Positions 46,754 through 57,955 of a DNA stretch of 64,000 nt are shown here, piece after piece; the first letter of the stretch is position 1; each line of letters opens with the position of its first letter. The DNA is from Candidatus Magasanikiibacteriota bacterium. GTDB lineage: Bacteria; Patescibacteriota; Patescibacteriia; Magasanikbacterales; UBA922. The DNA lies in NCBI GenBank assembly GCA_018651085.1, contig JABIEQ010000010.1, forward strand, positions 1,688-65,687, read 5' to 3'. The notes under the pieces were generated by a model. The model was not told the origin of the DNA. It did not search any database and was given only the letters and a program-made list of their open reading frames with translations. The translations under genes and the position numbers were made by a program.

Positions 46754-48661
46754 ATGGTATACTATTGTTCTATAAATTTGTTTTTTATGTTTTCATTTTT
46801 TTCTTACCGATATTCACTATTTATTTTTTTCATTAGTCTGTTTGGGCTTCTTTTTTTCGGTTTTGTAGGCACCAGTTTTGCTGAAGATCCTGATCATACT
46901 ATTCGTGATACGTCATATGCTGTGCGGTATGTTGATCAGAGTGCTTTAGATCCTGTGACAATTCATGCTGGGGAAACAAAAACTATTAATTTTCGATTTA
47001 AAAATGTAGGATCTTCAACATTAGTTGCTTCTGGTGCTCGATATATTTCTGCTCACACTATTCAACCGAGGTATCATGCATCTTTATGGAAAGGGGCTAA
47101 TTGGGTTGATCAAACTGAAACAGCTTCAATTACTTCTAACGTTTTGCCTGGAGGGATTGCTACACTTCCACTTAGTATTCATGTGCCCGTTGATACTATT
47201 TCGGGGGATTATACCGAAGAATTTTATTTAGCAGCTCAGAGCTATTCTTGGGTAAAGGGAGGATATTTTTATATTAAAATTCGTGTTGTGCCTGCTGTTG
47301 TTGAAGAAATTATTCCTGAAACTCCGATTGAATCTGAAAAAGAAGACATTGTTTCTTCTTTGCGTGTAAAAAAATTTATTGTTAGTCGTAAAGAGGTGAC
47401 TGCTAAAGGTGGTGAACTCGTTAAAGTTGTTGTTGCATACAAGAATATTGGAGAGACAGCCTGGGATAATTTTTCATTAGTGGCAAATCGGCCAGTATCT
47501 GTTGCGAGTAGTGATGTTAAAGATCTTTCTTTTGCTGACGAGAGTTGGAAAAGTCATACTGTTGTATTTTCTCATACGGATAATGTTGAAATGGATGGGG
47601 TTCTTCGTAAAACAATTACATTTCGTGTTCCAGAGCATAAAGGAAATTATGTTTTAAGTTTTCAACCACAGGTTGACGAGGAACTTATTGTTGGTGCTTC
47701 TGCTGAAGTGCAGATTCATGTAACTGAGAATGCAAAATTGTATACTCCTATTTTATTTAGTAATACGAGTGATATCATTATTGATCAACCTCGATTATCA
47801 GAAGAAGCTCGTGTACGTGTTGGTATTTATCATAAAGATACTACCCTTGAATTTGTTGCTAATGACGATGAGTATAGAATATCAAATGAAACAAAGATTT
47901 TTGGGGTGCTTCCAAAAGGTGAAAAAGCGAGTATTACTTTTAGTAATGGAACATATACACTGACCATTCAAGACGACGTATATAAAACAAGTCGTTATTT
48001 TCGTTTTGTTCCAATAAATAATCCTCATAGTATTTCATCTTTTACAACATTGAGTAGGCCACTTCGAAATCAACCAAGAAATTATAATACGTATAGAGGA
48101 GCCATTGAATTTCGTCAAGGAGAAAATGATGGAAAAATGTATATTGTGAATGATGTATTGATGGAAGATTATTTATCGGGTATTGCTGAAACGTCTGATT
48201 TTGCCCCAATTGAATATATAAAGTCTCTTTTAACTGCTGCGAGAACATATGCTTATCTTTCTAAAGATAAATACCCCTTCTTTGATGTTTTAGGAAGTAC
48301 ACATGATCAATTGTATTTAGGGTATGAGAGTGAAAAGATTCGTCCTCACGTTGTTGAAGCGTCTAAAGCAACACGAGGGTATATTGTGACATATGATGAT
48401 AATCCTGCTATTACGCCATACCATGGAAATACGGACGGTATGACTAAAAATGCAAGAGATGTTTGGGGATGGCGACATACCCCTTGGTTGGTTCCAGTTG
48501 AAGCAACTTATGATAGGCGAGATGGAAAACGACTGTTTGGTCATGGCATTGGAATGAGCCAACGAGATGCGGCTATCCGTGCTGACGAGGGTGGTGCTAG
48601 TTGGACAGATCTTTTAACTTACTATTATACTGGGGTCGAAGTGGAGCGATTTTATTTCTAG
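46754..48661 (+). CDS. SpoIID/LytB-domain protein with N-terminal TM and Ig-like repeats
   Basis: C-terminal SpoIID blocks YLSGIAETSDFAPIEYIKSLLTAARTYA and NPAITPYHGNTDGMTKNA. Confidence 0.7.
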   Translation: MVYYCSINLFFMFSFFSYRYSLFIFFISLFGLLFFGFVGTSFAEDPDHTIRDTSYAVRYVDQSALDPVTIHAGETKTINFRFKNVGSSTLVASGARYISAHTIQPRYHASLWKGANWVDQTETASITSNVLPGGIATLPLSIHVPVDTISGDYTEEFYLAAQSYSWVKGGYFYIKIRVVPAVVEEIIPETPIESEKEDIVSSLRVKKFIVSRKEVTAKGGELVKVVVAYKNIGETAWDNFSLVANRPVSVASSDVKDLSFADESWKSHTVVFSHTDNVEMDGVLRKTITFRVPEHKGNYVLSFQPQVDEELIVGASAEVQIHVTENAKLYTPILFSNTSDIIIDQPRLSEEARVRVGIYHKDTTLEFVANDDEYRISNETKIFGVLPKGEKASITFSNGTYTLTIQDDVYKTSRYFRFVPINNPHSISSFTTLSRPLRNQPRNYNTYRGAIEFRQGENDGKMYIVNDVLMEDYLSGIAETSDFAPIEYIKSLLTAARTYAYLSKDKYPFFDVLGSTHDQLYLGYESEKIRPHVVEASKATRGYIVTYDDNPAITPYHGNTDGMTKNARDVWGWRHTPWLVPVEATYDRRDGKRLFGHGIGMSQRDAAIRADEGGASWTDLLTYYYTGVEVERFYF

Positions 48662-48670
48662 ACTTATTGT

Positions 48671-49225
48671 ATGATGGTGCCTAAGCAAGCGAAGAAGGTG
48701 TTCTCTGGAAAGATTTTTGATATTTATCAATGGGAGCAAGAACAGTTTGATGGAACGTTTGCTACATTTGAAATGCTAAAGCGTCCTAATACGCTTCAGG
48801 TTATCCCTGTTATGGGGGATACAATTTTATTGTCTGATGAAGAACAACCTTTAAAAGATCCGTTTATTAGTTTTTTTGGGGGACGACAAGAACCGAATGA
48901 AACTCCTCTTGAAGGGATTAAACGAGAATTTTTAGAAGAGACGGGTATGGTGGCTGACGAGTGGGAGTTATATAAAACGTATATGCCTATTTCAAAGATG
49001 GAATGGGAAGTATATATTTATATCGCTCGAGGATGTCGGAAGGTACAAGACACCGCACTTGAGTCTGGAGAACGGATTACTATTAAGCCTGTGTCGTTTG
49101 AAGAATTTGTATCTTTTGTAAGTTCAGGTGACTTTTGGGGAAAAGAACTTATGATTGATGTTATGCAGATGCAACAACATTCGGGTGACATTGAAAAGTT
49201 TCGTAATACTATATTTGGTACGTAG
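48671..49225 (+). CDS. NUDIX hydrolase (ADP-ribose pyrophosphatase-like)
   Basis: Nudix box GGRQEPNETPLEGIKREFLEETG. Confidence 0.7.
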   Translation: MMVPKQAKKVFSGKIFDIYQWEQEQFDGTFATFEMLKRPNTLQVIPVMGDTILLSDEEQPLKDPFISFFGGRQEPNETPLEGIKREFLEETGMVADEWELYKTYMPISKMEWEVYIYIARGCRKVQDTALESGERITIKPVSFEEFVSFVSSGDFWGKELMIDVMQMQQHSGDIEKFRNTIFGT

Positions 49226-49227
49226 GT

Positions 49228-49743
49228 ATGGCTATTTTTTTTGGAATTATTTTATTTTTTCTTATTACAATTGCTATTGGTGCTGTTACCTTTGCACCGT
49301 GGGTGCCTGCGTATAAGGAAGATATTTCTCGCATATCAGATCTTGCTAAATTAAAAGATGGAGATGTTTTTTATGATTTAGGGTGTGGAAATGGACGTGT
49401 TGTTTTTGCCGTGGCAAAGAATTGTGATGTACAAGCAATTGGTATTGAAATAGCCTTTCCTTTATATTTGTTTTGTGTTTTTCGTCGGTGGTTTTTTCCA
49501 TATAAACATCGAGTTAAGTATAGATGGCGTAATCTTTTTTTTATAGATGTATCTTCTGCTGATGTTGTATACGTGTATGGATTACCTGAAACACTCTCAG
49601 GTAAAGTTGCTAAGAAGTTAAGACAAGAACTTAGGCCTGGTACATGCGTATTATCTTATGCATTTCCTATTGCTGTTTGGAAACCTATTCATGTTGATAA
49701 ACCTCAAAAAGAGAATACTGCTATTTATGTATATGAGATATAA
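49228..49743 (+). CDS. class I SAM-dependent methyltransferase with N-terminal TM helix
   Basis: Motif I VFYDLGCGNGRVVFAVA. Motif post-I-like D/E. Confidence 0.6.
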   Translation: MAIFFGIILFFLITIAIGAVTFAPWVPAYKEDISRISDLAKLKDGDVFYDLGCGNGRVVFAVAKNCDVQAIGIEIAFPLYLFCVFRRWFFPYKHRVKYRWRNLFFIDVSSADVVYVYGLPETLSGKVAKKLRQELRPGTCVLSYAFPIAVWKPIHVDKPQKENTAIYVYEI

Positions 49744-49772
49744 AAAAGAGGCCATATGTATGGCCTCTTTTT
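49742..49772. terminator. bidirectional terminator aagaggccat-atgt-atggcctctt
   Basis: Perfect stem with T-run. Lies between the convergent methyltransferase gene and recA. Confidence 0.55.
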
Positions 49773-50837
49773 TTATTTTGTTATGATTTCTTTTTTACCA
49801 GGTTCTTTTTGTTCTTCTTCAGGTGCCGCACCTCTTTCTATTGCTTCCCATACTTTTGCTTTGATTACTTTCATCATTTTTGGATTGTCTTTTAAAAATT
49901 GTTTTGCTTTTTCTCGCCCAACACCTAGTCGTTCTTCTTTAAAAGAATAAGTGTTTCCGTTTTTGTGTACAATTTTGTGTTCAATCCCTGTATCAATGAG
50001 ATCTCCTGCAACGGAAATTCCTTCATTATACATAATATCAAATTGAGTGGTTCTAAATGGTGCTGCCACTTTATTCTTTACTACTTTTATTTTTACACGA
50101 TTTCCGATTACTTTGTCTCCTTGTTTAATTTGTGCTGCTCGTCGTATTTCAATACGAACAGAAGAATAGAATTTCAAAGCTTTTCCTCCAGACGTTGTCT
50201 CGGGGTTACCAAAAAATACACCGATTTTTTGTCTTGTTTGATTAATGAAAATAACAATTGTTTTACTTTTACTTACTACCCCTGTAAGTTTTCTCAGTGC
50301 TTGGCTCATGAGTCTTGCCTGAAGACCCATGTGTGCGTCTCCCATATTTCCTTCTATTTCTGCCTTTGGTACAAGTGCTGCCACTGAATCAATTACGACA
50401 ACATCAACGGCATTTGATCGTACAAGTGTTTCAAGAATTTCTAATGCTTGTTCTCCTGTGTCTGGTTGAGAAATAAGGAGATTATCTACATCTACTCCTA
50501 TTTTTCTTGCATAGTCTGGATCAAGTGCGTGTTCAGCATCAATAAAAGCTGCGATTCCTCCTTTTTTTTGTACTTCAGCAATAATGTGTTGCGCGAGTGT
50601 TGTTTTTCCGCTTGATTCTGGCCCAAAAATTTCGATTACACGGCCGCGAGGTACTCCTTTTACCCCAAGAGCGATATCAAGAGAAATAGATCCTGTAGGG
50701 ACCGTTTCAACCTCCATAGAACGTGCCTCACCAAACTTCATGATGGCTCCTTCTCCATATCGTTGTTTAATTTGTTCAATTGCAGACTGAGCGGCCTTTA
50801 GTTTCCCTGAATTGTCTTCGTTTGATTTTTTACTCAT
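49773..50837 (-). CDS. recA: recombinase RecA
   Basis: Walker [17 protein letters not shown]1/L2 loops. 354 aa. Confidence 0.95.
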   Translation of the reverse strand: MSKKSNEDNSGKLKAAQSAIEQIKQRYGEGAIMKFGEARSMEVETVPTGSISLDIALGVKGVPRGRVIEIFGPESSGKTTLAQHIIAEVQKKGGIAAFIDAEHALDPDYARKIGVDVDNLLISQPDTGEQALEILETLVRSNAVDVVVIDSVAALVPKAEIEGNMGDAHMGLQARLMSQALRKLTGVVSKSKTIVIFINQTRQKIGVFFGNPETTSGGKALKFYSSVRIEIRRAAQIKQGDKVIGNRVKIKVVKNKVAAPFRTTQFDIMYNEGISVAGDLIDTGIEHKIVHKNGNTYSFKEERLGVGREKAKQFLKDNPKMMKVIKAKVWEAIERGAAPEEEQKEPGKKEIITK

Positions 50838-50992
50838 ATATAGATTAGTTATAATACCTTATATTATACGGTAAGAGGTATGAATACGTAACAAAATAAA
50901 AAAAGAAGATACACTTCTTTTGGGAGGATACTGCATTTTTTATAGACCCGTCAAATAAAATCTTGTTTTTATGAGTGTATTCCTATTTTTGT

Positions 50993-51679
50993 TTAATTTG
51001 GACTGTTTGGGCGTTCTCTAAAAATAACATATCGTGCTTCTTGCGTTTGTTTTCCGTGTTTATTTTTTGCAGTCACAATAAGTGTGTTTACTCCAGGTGT
51101 AAGAGTAAGCTCTTCTTCAAATTGTCCCGTTTTATTATGTTTAATATTTGTTCCATTAATGGCTACTTCTATATTTTTTTCTGTTTGTCCGTTTATAATT
51201 ACGGTATTTTGACTGGTAATAAGTCCGTCTTGTGGAGTATTTATTGTAAGTAATGGTGGTGTCAAAATATTGTGGACTTGAAGTCCTACGTAAAGCACAA
51301 AAATAAAAATTACTCCAAGTATTGTGCTGTAGCGAAGTAGTGTTGGTAATTGATGAAGATGATTAGTTCGTACTTCTTTTACTCCTTGTGGTTCAAGCGT
51401 ATGCTTTGGTTTTTGTTCTTCTTCTTCAAATTGAGCCACGTATGGTGTTGGATCAGCACCAATTGCTTCTATGTATGATTTTATAAAGTTTCGTTGGTAT
51501 ATTTTTGCGTAGGGAATATCATCAAAACGACATTCTTCTAATGCGAGAAGATGGCGTTTACTTATTTTTGTTCTTCTTGCTATAGTCTCAAGAGATAAAT
51601 GCTCTTTTTGTCGCATTTCCTTTAATCGCAAACAAACCCGTTTTGTTTTGTGTAATTGTTTTTTTTGAAATTCCGACAT
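50993..51679 (-). CDS. RodZ-like protein (XRE-HTH, TM, C-terminal periplasmic domain)
   Basis: HTH LSLETIARRTKISKRHLLALEE. Single TM ILGVIFIFVLYVGL. C-terminal beta-rich domain. Confidence 0.55.
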   Translation of the reverse strand: MSEFQKKQLHKTKRVCLRLKEMRQKEHLSLETIARRTKISKRHLLALEECRFDDIPYAKIYQRNFIKSYIEAIGADPTPYVAQFEEEEQKPKHTLEPQGVKEVRTNHLHQLPTLLRYSTILGVIFIFVLYVGLQVHNILTPPLLTINTPQDGLITSQNTVIINGQTEKNIEVAINGTNIKHNKTGQFEEELTLTPGVNTLIVTAKNKHGKQTQEARYVIFRERPNSPN

Positions 51680-51698
51680 ACCCCCTTTTTAGTAGCAC

Positions 51699-53921
51699 TT
51701 ATTCTTCGTCGTACGCATCTTCTTCTAGTACGATTGCTGGTGTATTTATTGTAACAGACTCTTCTAAACCTGTCACAAGAATGTCTCGAGGTTTTGCACC
51801 ATTCGCTTCGCTAATAATGCCAGCCTCTTCCAGTTCATCCATAATACGGGCTGCTCTTGCGTACCCTACTCTAAGGCGTCTTTGTAGAAATGAGGCACTG
51901 GCTTTTCCAGCTTCTATAACAACTTTTTTTGCATCATGAAAGAGACTGTCTTGGTCAGTATTGGTATTTCCAAATTTCCCTGTATTTTTTCCTTCTTCTC
52001 CAAAGAGTGTTTCGTCATACTCAACAGGGCCACTTCCTTTAAGGTACTTAACAACACGTTTTACTTCTTCTTCTGTTACAAATGCCCCTTGAATACGGAC
52101 GGGTTTTGATAACTCTGCTGTGAGATGAAGCATGTCTCCTCTTCCAAGTAGTTTTTCTGCACCAGAACAATCAAGAATTGTTCTTGAATCTATCAGTGAT
52201 GCAACAGAAAAAGCAATACGGGCAGGAATATTTGCTTTCATGAGTCCGGTAATAACATCAACACTTGGCCGTTGCGTTGCAACGATAAGATGAATTCCTA
52301 CAGCTCTTGCTAGTTGTGCAATACGAATAATGCCTGCTTCTACATCGTTTGCTGCTGTTGCCATGAGGTCAGCTAACTCATCAATAAAGAAAACAATGTG
52401 TGGGAGTTTTGTATCTGGGTTTTTTGTGTTGTATGAAGTAATGTCTCTACACTTTGCTTTTGCAAGGACATCAAACCGTCGTTCCATTTCACCTATTGTC
52501 CATTTTAAGGCATTGATTGTTTTATTGGTATTTGTAATAACAGGTGCAATAAGATGTGGAATGCCGTTATATACACTTAGTTCTACTCGTTTTGGATCAA
52601 CCATGATCATACGAAGCGTTTCTGCTGTGTTTTGGTAGAGCAAACTAATGATGATGCTATGCATGCACACTGTTTTTCCTGATCCTGTTGCTCCTGCAAT
52701 AAGAAGATGTGGCATGCGTGGTAAATCTCCAAACCATGAGGTTCCTGAGACATCTTTTCCAAGACCAACCATAAGATTGTGTGATCTTTTTTCATGATTT
52801 TCACTTTGTAATAATTCTCGAAGTGATACGAGTGCATTTTTTTCATTTGGCACTTCAATTCCTACTAAAGATTTTCCTGGAATTGGAGCTTCTATTCTAA
52901 TTGGATGTGCTGCAAGAGCTAATGCAAGATCATTTGTAAGTGCTGTAATCTTTGATATTTTCACTCCTTTTGCTGGTTTAATTGCGTATTGTGTCACTGT
53001 TGGTCCAACGCGAACATCTTCAACAACAATATCAATGCGGAATTCTTTAAAAGTATCTTTAATAATTTTTGCATTTACTTTTATGTCTCCACTTGTTGGT
53101 TTCCCTTTTTTATTTGATAGTAATGTGAGTTTTGGAATTTCTTTTATAACAGGTTTTTTTGTCCAAGGGTCTTGTGCTGTATTGTCTTTGTTTTGTCTTA
53201 CTTGTACAGGAGTTGGTTGTGTTTGCTCTTCTTCGTGATCCTCTTCGTCTTCGTCATATTTATCATCCTCTTCTTCCCCAATATTACGAGAAGAAAATCG
53301 TTCTTCGTCATCTTCATCCTCGTATTCTTCTTCGTCTTCATTTTTTACAAATAATACGTTTGTGCCTTTTGTTATACCTTTTCCTACAATGCCAAGTTTT
53401 TCGAAAAGTTTTTTGTGAAATAAAATGAAATGGGTAACGCTGGTATTAAAAATCAAAAAGATAGATACAAGAAGTAGACCAATAAGGATAACAAAACTTC
53501 CTATTGTTCCTACATATGTTTTTAAAGGCCATGCGAGCATACCACTAAATCCACCACCATTACCGTTTAATGCTTGTTTCCACATGTCATCAACTGGAAA
53601 AGAAAGATGAAAGAAGCTCGCAACAGAAAAGAAAAATAGAATGGCTCCTAATATATGTGTTGATCGATAATCGTATTCGTTATCTTTTATCTGGAACCAG
53701 GCAAGGATTAAAATAATAGGAGGAACCGTATAGCGGATGTGTCCAAATAGTGAGCTTAATATCCACTCATTGATGATTTGTCCGAGTGTTCCTGCGGCAT
53801 TAAAGAAACTTAATGTAATGATAATTGCTGTAATGACAAGAATCACGGCTATGATGCCGCGAGAAAGGGGAGGGTCAATGTATTCTTCTTGTTTTTTTCG
53901 TCCCATAGATATAATAGGCAT
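51699..53921 (-). CDS. ftsK: DNA translocase FtsK/SpoIIIE
   Basis: N-terminal 4-TM region. Acidic linker EDEEEYEDEDDEE... Motor GATGSGKTV. C-terminal gamma wHTH LQRRLRVGYARAARIMDELEEAGII. Confidence 0.9.
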   Translation of the reverse strand: MPIISMGRKKQEEYIDPPLSRGIIAVILVITAIIITLSFFNAAGTLGQIINEWILSSLFGHIRYTVPPIILILAWFQIKDNEYDYRSTHILGAILFFFSVASFFHLSFPVDDMWKQALNGNGGGFSGMLAWPLKTYVGTIGSFVILIGLLLVSIFLIFNTSVTHFILFHKKLFEKLGIVGKGITKGTNVLFVKNEDEEEYEDEDDEERFSSRNIGEEEDDKYDEDEEDHEEEQTQPTPVQVRQNKDNTAQDPWTKKPVIKEIPKLTLLSNKKGKPTSGDIKVNAKIIKDTFKEFRIDIVVEDVRVGPTVTQYAIKPAKGVKISKITALTNDLALALAAHPIRIEAPIPGKSLVGIEVPNEKNALVSLRELLQSENHEKRSHNLMVGLGKDVSGTSWFGDLPRMPHLLIAGATGSGKTVCMHSIIISLLYQNTAETLRMIMVDPKRVELSVYNGIPHLIAPVITNTNKTINALKWTIGEMERRFDVLAKAKCRDITSYNTKNPDTKLPHIVFFIDELADLMATAANDVEAGIIRIAQLARAVGIHLIVATQRPSVDVITGLMKANIPARIAFSVASLIDSRTILDCSGAEKLLGRGDMLHLTAELSKPVRIQGAFVTEEEVKRVVKYLKGSGPVEYDETLFGEEGKNTGKFGNTNTDQDSLFHDAKKVVIEAGKASASFLQRRLRVGYARAARIMDELEEAGIISEANGAKPRDILVTGLEESVTINTPAIVLEEDAYDEE

Positions 53922-54109
53922 ATTTTACCATATATATAGGTATAAAGGGAATTCGGGATGGGTTCCCTCTATATATAGGTGTATATATCTCTTTATAAGT
54001 GGACATTTTGTGGATAATTTTATAAATCGTCAGGCATAAATGCCATTTTTTGCTTAATGTAGCTTAAATTGACATTTTTTCTTGACAAAGTTCTATCCAC
54101 CTGATCTAT

Positions 54110-54138
54110 TTGACATTTTTTTCGTTTTCCCCTATAAT
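54110..54138 (+). promoter_or_regulatory. perfect consensus sigma70 promoter TTGACA-N17-TATAAT about 360 nt upstream of rpoB
   Basis: ttgacatttttttcgttttcccctataat. Two more TTGACA hexamers at 54069 and 54082. TGTGGATAA at 54009-17. Confidence 0.5.
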
Positions 54139-54491
54139 AAGCCCATTCAAAAGTAGTCCCTCTTTTCGTTACTTCTATTAAAGATAGTGAGAAGAGTAAC
54201 TATTTGCACCGTTTATTTTATTGTGCGCCTTTTTCTTCTGTTCCGGCTACGTGTCTGTAATGGCAACTGCTTTACTATATATAGTGTATAGTGTCGTAGT
54301 GAGTGACTCCTTGGTGCGCGTTTGGCATTATATTCCATGCGCCTTTTATTGAGTCAGTACAACTAGTTTCTCATACAAACGGCTATTAAGCTGGATTTTT
54401 TGCTGTCTGTAGTTCTTTTTAACAAGAGATGCACGAGATGATGTCTTTACATAGATACGTCGTTTCTTTTTTCTTTTGTTCTTAATTCCTT

Positions 54492-57400
54492 GTGTTTTAC
54501 CCTATGTCACGATATACCCGTCAACCGTTGACCACTAAGGAGCGTAAGTTTTTTACTGACATTCGTGGGGATGTTGCAGATCCTGATTTGATTGAGTTAC
54601 AAAAAACCTCATATCGTTGGTTTTTTGAACGTGGTATACGAGAACTCTTTGATGAGATTTCTCCTATCACTGATTTTACTGGTCGTGATCTAGAATTATA
54701 TTTTGATGATTACTTTATTGATGAAGCAAAATTTGATGAAGTGGCTTGTCGAGAAAAGAATATTTCGTATGAGGCAGCACTTCGTGCAAAAGTACGATTA
54801 GTAAATAAACGTACAAACGAAGAAACTACACAAGAAATTTATCTCGGAGACATTCCACTTATGACGGAACGTGGAACGTTTATTGTTAATGGAATTGAAC
54901 GAGTTGTGGTTTCTCAGCTTATTCGTAGTGCTGGTGCATTTTTTACTGCATCAATGACACGAGGACGACGATATTATGGTGCAAAAATTATTCCAAATAG
55001 AGGAGCGTGGATTGAAATTGAAACTGATGCAAATAATGTCCTTTGGGTGAAGGTTGATCGAAAACGAAAAGTTGCGGCAACATCACTTCTTCGTGCATTT
55101 GGATTTGGAGAAAATGAAGAGATTATAAAACTATTTGGTGATGTTAATACTCATTCAAATATTGACTATATTGAAAATACGATTAAAAAGGATGTTGCGA
55201 CAAGTGAAGATGAAGGATTTATTGAAGTATATAAACGTATCCGACCAGGTGATCTTGCAACGGCTGATAATGCGAAAGGATTAATCCATTCAATGTTTTT
55301 CAATTTTGATCGGTATGATCTTGATCGTGTTGGAGTATATAAGTTTAGTACGAAATTTAATCTTAATCTTTCTGAAGAAGAATTTGAAAAAAAGGAACAA
55401 CGGGTGTTGTCTCCAGAAAAGTTATTGCTTGTACTAAAAGAAGTTGTTCGATTGAATGTATCACAAGAACCACCTGATGATATTGATCATCTTGGAAATC
55501 GACGTGTGCGTGCTGTTGGAGAGCTTGTACAGAATCGATTCCGTATTGGTTTAGCGCGAATGGAACGAATTGTAAAAGATAGAATGAGTACATATGAGCT
55601 TGAGGGCATTAGCCCAAACAAGCTTATTAATGCACGACCAGTGATTGGATCAATTCGAGAATTTTTCATGAGTTCACAGCTTTCTCAGTTCATGGACCAA
55701 GTAAACCCATTAGCTGAACTTGAGCATAAGCGTCGTATTAGTGCGTTAGGGCCAGGTGGACTTTCACGTGATAGAGCTGGGTTTGAAGTTCGTGATGTAC
55801 ATACGACTCATTACGGTCGTATTTGTCCGATTGCAACGCCAGAAGGACCAAATATTGGTCTTGTTGGTCATCTTGCAAGTTACGCTCGTATTAATCATTT
55901 TGGATTTTTAGAAACACCGTATAGACGTGTTATTCATGATGTACCAAATGAAGCACGGTTTACTGAAGGTGAAGTTGCAAGAGAAGATATTAAAGGTGTT
56001 GTAAAAGCAGGTGAAGAAATTACGGCTGCTATTGCAAAAAAACTTGCAACAAAAAAAGATGTTACTACCGTTGCTGTAAAAGCTCGGGTAACAAATGAGA
56101 TTGTATACATAAACTCTTTTCAAGAAGAAAAAGTAATTACAGCAAGTGCAAAAACACCGGTTGATGAAAAAGGGTTTTTAAAAGAAGGGCGAGTACCTGC
56201 GCGATTGTTTGGAAAACCAGGTGCTGTTGATGTTGATAAGATTGATTACCTTGATGTTGTTACGAATCAAATTTTAAGTATTGCAACGAGTCTTATTCCA
56301 TTTTTGGAGCATGATGATGCGACGCGTGCATTGATGGGAACGAACATGCAACGCCAAGCTGTACCTTGTATTAAACCAGATTCACCGATTGTTGGAACTG
56401 GTGTTGAAAAGATTGCTGCAGAAAACAGTGGGCATGTGATTTTAGCACAAGCTGATGGAGAAATTACTGCTGTTGATGCGACGATGATTGAGCTTACACC
56501 GAAAAAAGGACAGCCAATTGTACATTCACTCAATAAGTTTGTTCGGTCAAATGCTTCAAGTAGCATTAACCAACGTCCAATGGTGAATTTGGGAGATAAA
56601 GTGAAAAAAGGACAACCACTTTGTGATGGACCGGCAACAGAACAAGGTGAACTTGCTTTGGGGCAAAATGTGTTAGTTGCATACATGATTTGGAATGGAT
56701 TTAACTATGAAGATGCGATTATTGTCTCTGAACGACTTGTTCAATCTGATAAGTTTACTTCAGTGCATATTGAAAACTATGCAAACGATGTTCGTGATAC
56801 AAAACTTGGACCGGAAGTTGTGACGAGTGATATTCCAAACGTTAGTGAAGAAAAATTAAAAAATCTTGATTCAGAAGGAGTTGTTCGTATTGGAGCTGAA
56901 GTACAATCAGGAGATATCTTGGTTGGAAAAATTACTCCTAAAGGAGAAACTGAATTGAGTGCTGAAGAACGACTCTTGCGAGCTATCTTTGGAGAAAAAG
57001 CACGAGATGTTCGTGATTCATCACTATACTTAGAACATGGTGAACATGGGAAAGTAACTGATGTTCGTGTATTTTCTGCTGAAGAAGGTGACCGATTGCA
57101 ACCGGGTGTTGTGAAAAAAGTACAAGTGACTGTTGCTGACATGAGAAAACTTCAAGTGGGAGATAAAATGGCTGGTCGGCATGGAAATAAAGGAGTTATT
57201 TCTCGGATTGTGCCAGCAGAAGATATGCCATTTTTAGAAGATGGAACACCTGTTGATATTATTTTGACGCCGGTTGGTGTTATTTCTCGTATGAACCTTG
57301 GGCAGCTTTTGGAAACCCATTTGGGTCTTGCCGCAAATGCCCTTGGGTATAAAGCAGCGTCTCCAATTCTTAACGGAATTACTGAAGAACAAATTCATGG

Positions 57401-57926
57401 TGAACTTGAAAAAGCAGGATATCCGGTTGATGGGCAACTTCAACTGTACGATGGAAAAACTGGAGAAGCGTTTGATCATAGAACAACGGTTGGATACAAC
57501 TACATGTTGAAACTTAACCACATGATTGAAGATAAGATGCACCAACGGTCAATTGGGCCGTACAGTTTGATTACCCAACAACCACTCGGAGGAAAAGCAC
57601 AGTTTGGTGGACAACGGTTCGGAGAGATGGAAGTTTGGGCACTTGAAGCTTATGGTGCAGCGTACTCACTTCAAGAAATGCTTACGATTAAATCTGATGA
57701 TGTGCCAGGACGATCAAAAGCATATGAATCTATTATTAAAGGAGATCCAATTACGAAGGTTAACCTTCCTGAGTCATTTAATGTGCTTGTTCGTGAGATG
57801 AAAGGACTTGGGCTTGATGTTGAACTTCTTAAGGAAATGGAAAATGAAGAATACGTGCCGCTCGATCAAGTGCGGTCTCGTCAGCGGTCGACTGATGACG
57901 AAAAGACGAAAGCAGCGAAAGCATAA
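54492..57926 (+). CDS. rpoB: DNA-directed RNA polymerase beta subunit
   Basis: 1144 aa with conserved beta blocks throughout. Start may be the ATG at 54504 (MSRYTRQPL). Confidence 0.95.
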   Translation: MFYPMSRYTRQPLTTKERKFFTDIRGDVADPDLIELQKTSYRWFFERGIRELFDEISPITDFTGRDLELYFDDYFIDEAKFDEVACREKNISYEAALRAKVRLVNKRTNEETTQEIYLGDIPLMTERGTFIVNGIERVVVSQLIRSAGAFFTASMTRGRRYYGAKIIPNRGAWIEIETDANNVLWVKVDRKRKVAATSLLRAFGFGENEEIIKLFGDVNTHSNIDYIENTIKKDVATSEDEGFIEVYKRIRPGDLATADNAKGLIHSMFFNFDRYDLDRVGVYKFSTKFNLNLSEEEFEKKEQRVLSPEKLLLVLKEVVRLNVSQEPPDDIDHLGNRRVRAVGELVQNRFRIGLARMERIVKDRMSTYELEGISPNKLINARPVIGSIREFFMSSQLSQFMDQVNPLAELEHKRRISALGPGGLSRDRAGFEVRDVHTTHYGRICPIATPEGPNIGLVGHLASYARINHFGFLETPYRRVIHDVPNEARFTEGEVAREDIKGVVKAGEEITAAIAKKLATKKDVTTVAVKARVTNEIVYINSFQEEKVITASAKTPVDEKGFLKEGRVPARLFGKPGAVDVDKIDYLDVVTNQILSIATSLIPFLEHDDATRALMGTNMQRQAVPCIKPDSPIVGTGVEKIAAENSGHVILAQADGEITAVDATMIELTPKKGQPIVHSLNKFVRSNASSSINQRPMVNLGDKVKKGQPLCDGPATEQGELALGQNVLVAYMIWNGFNYEDAIIVSERLVQSDKFTSVHIENYANDVRDTKLGPEVVTSDIPNVSEEKLKNLDSEGVVRIGAEVQSGDILVGKITPKGETELSAEERLLRAIFGEKARDVRDSSLYLEHGEHGKVTDVRVFSAEEGDRLQPGVVKKVQVTVADMRKLQVGDKMAGRHGNKGVISRIVPAEDMPFLEDGTPVDIILTPVGVISRMNLGQLLETHLGLAANALGYKAASPILNGITEEQIHGELEKAGYPVDGQLQLYDGKTGEAFDHRTTVGYNYMLKLNHMIEDKMHQRSIGPYSLITQQPLGGKAQFGGQRFGEMEVWALEAYGAAYSLQEMLTIKSDDVPGRSKAYESIIKGDPITKVNLPESFNVLVREMKGLGLDVELLKEMENEEYVPLDQVRSRQRSTDDEKTKAAKA

Positions 57927-57955
57927 TACTTCACTCAACGAATAATATTATTTGT

